Shown piece by piece: positions 62,477 to 64,000 of a DNA stretch of 64,000 bases. Each line of letters starts with the position of its first letter. Within the stretch, counting starts at the first letter, position 1. The translations under genes were made by a program, and so were the position numbers. This DNA comes from Candidatus Eremiobacteria bacterium. Its GTDB lineage: Bacteria > Vulcanimicrobiota > Vulcanimicrobiia > Vulcanimicrobiales > Vulcanimicrobiaceae. The notes beneath the pieces were generated by a model that was given only the letters and a program-made list of their open reading frames with translations, did no database searches and had not been told where the DNA came from. Location: positions 256,001 to 320,000 of the forward strand of contig CAVTRC010000002.1 in NCBI GenBank assembly GCA_963737065.1, in the 5' to 3' direction.

Positions 62477-63460
62477 ATGCCCGCCGCTCGCACGCTAACC
62501 TCCCTTGGGGCATCGCTTGGCCAAGAGGTCCCTGCGCTTGCCGCTAATGCGGTGAAGCAGCTGACCCTCGCCGCGACGACCAGCGAGCCGGACATTGAAA
62601 AGTCGCTCGAACTGTTGCTGGATCGTCTCTGTCTTTCGCTGACGCTCGCCAAACCGGTGGGGCTTGCCGCTTGGGCTGAGCGCGAGGCGCTCAAGTTCGG
62701 CCGAGCCGGCGTTATGGATCTTACCATTGCGGCCACCCATACGCTTTGCACCGCAGCGTTGGCCTACGAGGCCGACCAGCGGCGGGTGTTGGCGTTTCTC
62801 GATGTCCTCGCTCATGAAATCGAGCGGACCGCGCTCGGCGTCGACACGGCCGAATCGGAATTCTCCGGCCTCGACACGACCGATGCGCTCTTGGCCATGC
62901 TCGGCGAGCGCGACTACGGCACGTGCTGCCATTCGAAGGCGACGGCGGAGTGGGCGCGCCGGCTCGCAACCGCGATGGGGTGCGATGCGGAGACGACGGA
63001 GTTCGTCGAACTCTGTGCGCTGCTTCACGACATCGGAAAGATCTCGACGCCGGACGGCGTGCTTTTGAAAGAAGGACCCCTTACCGCAAGCGAGTGGGAC
63101 GTCATGCGCGATCATGCGGCGGCAGGCTCGCGGATTCTCCATCAGATCCCGTCGCTGCAGCGCTGTTCCGTCGTCGTACGCGCGCACCACGAGCGCTATG
63201 ACGGCGGCGGATACCCGGACGGGCTCACCGGCACGAGTATCCCGTTCGAAGCCCGCGTCGTCGCGGTGGCCGACGCGTTTCACGCCATGATCAGCGAGCG
63301 TCCGTACCGGCGCCCGATTCCCCCGCGACAGGCACTCCAGATTTTACAAGAAGGCCGCGGTTCTCAATGGGATCCCGAGGTAGTCGACGCGATGATCGGC
63401 ATGTTCAGCCGTCGCCCGTTGACCGCCGCCCAAGAACATGCGCACCTTTCCTCAGCGTAG
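62477..63460 (+). CDS. HD-GYP cyclic dinucleotide phosphodiesterase with N-terminal helical domain
   Basis: HS, LHDIGK, HHERYDGGGYPDGL, RVVAVADAFHAM, RPYR. Confidence 0.94.
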   Translation: MPAARTLTSLGASLGQEVPALAANAVKQLTLAATTSEPDIEKSLELLLDRLCLSLTLAKPVGLAAWAEREALKFGRAGVMDLTIAATHTLCTAALAYEADQRRVLAFLDVLAHEIERTALGVDTAESEFSGLDTTDALLAMLGERDYGTCCHSKATAEWARRLATAMGCDAETTEFVELCALLHDIGKISTPDGVLLKEGPLTASEWDVMRDHAAAGSRILHQIPSLQRCSVVVRAHHERYDGGGYPDGLTGTSIPFEARVVAVADAFHAMISERPYRRPIPPRQALQILQEGRGSQWDPEVVDAMIGMFSRRPLTAAQEHAHLSSA

Positions 63461-63499
63461 CGTCCACGCCGAGGAAAGCCCCGCTATCGGGTGGTGGGC

Positions 63500-63531
63500 A
63501 GAGGCGCCGTTTCACGGCGCCTCTTTAATTT
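63500..63531 (+). terminator. Intrinsic terminator after HD-GYP gene
   Basis: AGAGGCGCCGT-TTC-ACGGCGCCTCT then TTAATTT. Confidence 0.8.
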
Positions 63532-63571
63532 ATGCCATGCAGTTGGCACTGACGCGTGCGAGACTGGGGCC

Positions 63572-64000
63572 ATGAACGACTACGTCATAGGTGCCGGTGC
63601 GGTGCTTACCGCCGGTGCCTCCGCAACGATCGCTGGAGCGACGCTTCACATGCAGGTCGATGCGACGCTCGCGCGCACCGTGCAGGCCGCGCTCGTGGAC
63701 TTCGAATCGTCCGGCAAAGCTGAGCTGACCAAAGTCGTGGTCGTCGCCTGCGGATGGAACCCGCGCCGCGTCCAGCATGATCTCGTCGCGCCCCTGCTGG
63801 CACGCGGCGAATGTACGTTGACCGACGTGCTGATCGCGCTCGCACACGCGGCGGGAAGGAGCGAGGTGCATGTGTTTGCGCAGTGGCTCATCGACGACAT
63901 GATGAGTGCGTCAGCGGCGAAATCGGGCGTTACGCTGGTATCGCATCCGCTAGAGTCCGTTCGACAGGCCGCCCTGATCTCTGGTCAGACGTTTTCCCGA
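63572..64000 (+). CDS. Hypothetical protein (3'-truncated by window edge)
   Basis: ATG 63572 (MNDYVIGAGAV...) open to the end of the window with GC-rich third positions. Confidence 0.7.
   Translation, partial: MNDYVIGAGAVLTAGASATIAGATLHMQVDATLARTVQAALVDFESSGKAELTKVVVVACGWNPRRVQHDLVAPLLARGECTLTDVLIALAHAAGRSEVHVFAQWLIDDMMSASAAKSGVTLVSHPLESVRQAALISGQTFSR

Noticed and set aside
63544..63560. Sigma54-like TGGCAC...TGC
   Set aside because: GG to GC spacing is 11 nt, not the required 10
1..64000. CRISPR array, rRNA, prophage or IS element
   Set aside because: No spaced repeats, rRNA-like sequence, or phage/transposase ORFs seen

Overview
GC-rich bacterial chromosomal window with no phage, IS or CRISPR signature. 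Terrabacteria-type RpoB/RpoC alongside TonB-dependent receptors suggests a diderm lineage such as Eremiobacterota; this taxonomy is inference only. Housekeeping genes (mutS2, tyrS, hslO, aroQ, HU, tRNA-Pro, RNase HI, rpoB, rpoC, Fpg/Nei) are interspersed with accessory hydrolases, transporters, two helicases, an Xre/RES toxin-antitoxin pair and several large STAND/TPR regulators. The top candidate novel system is two unannotated 23- and 29-aa ORFs (48197-48268 minus, 62362-62451 plus). Each has a good RBS, a hydrophobic signal-like N-terminus and a short Cys/Pro/Gly tail, and each sits beside a TPR-type helical protein and a motif-intact c-di-GMP phosphodiesterase (EAL or HD-GYP). This looks like a peptide-signal / TPR-receptor / c-di-GMP circuit. 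Second, rpoB and rpoC are split by about 7.4 kb, each with its own similarly built promoter, structured leader and downstream hairpin, and RpoB carries a long acidic tail. Several single-base frameshifts in accessory genes may be assembly errors.
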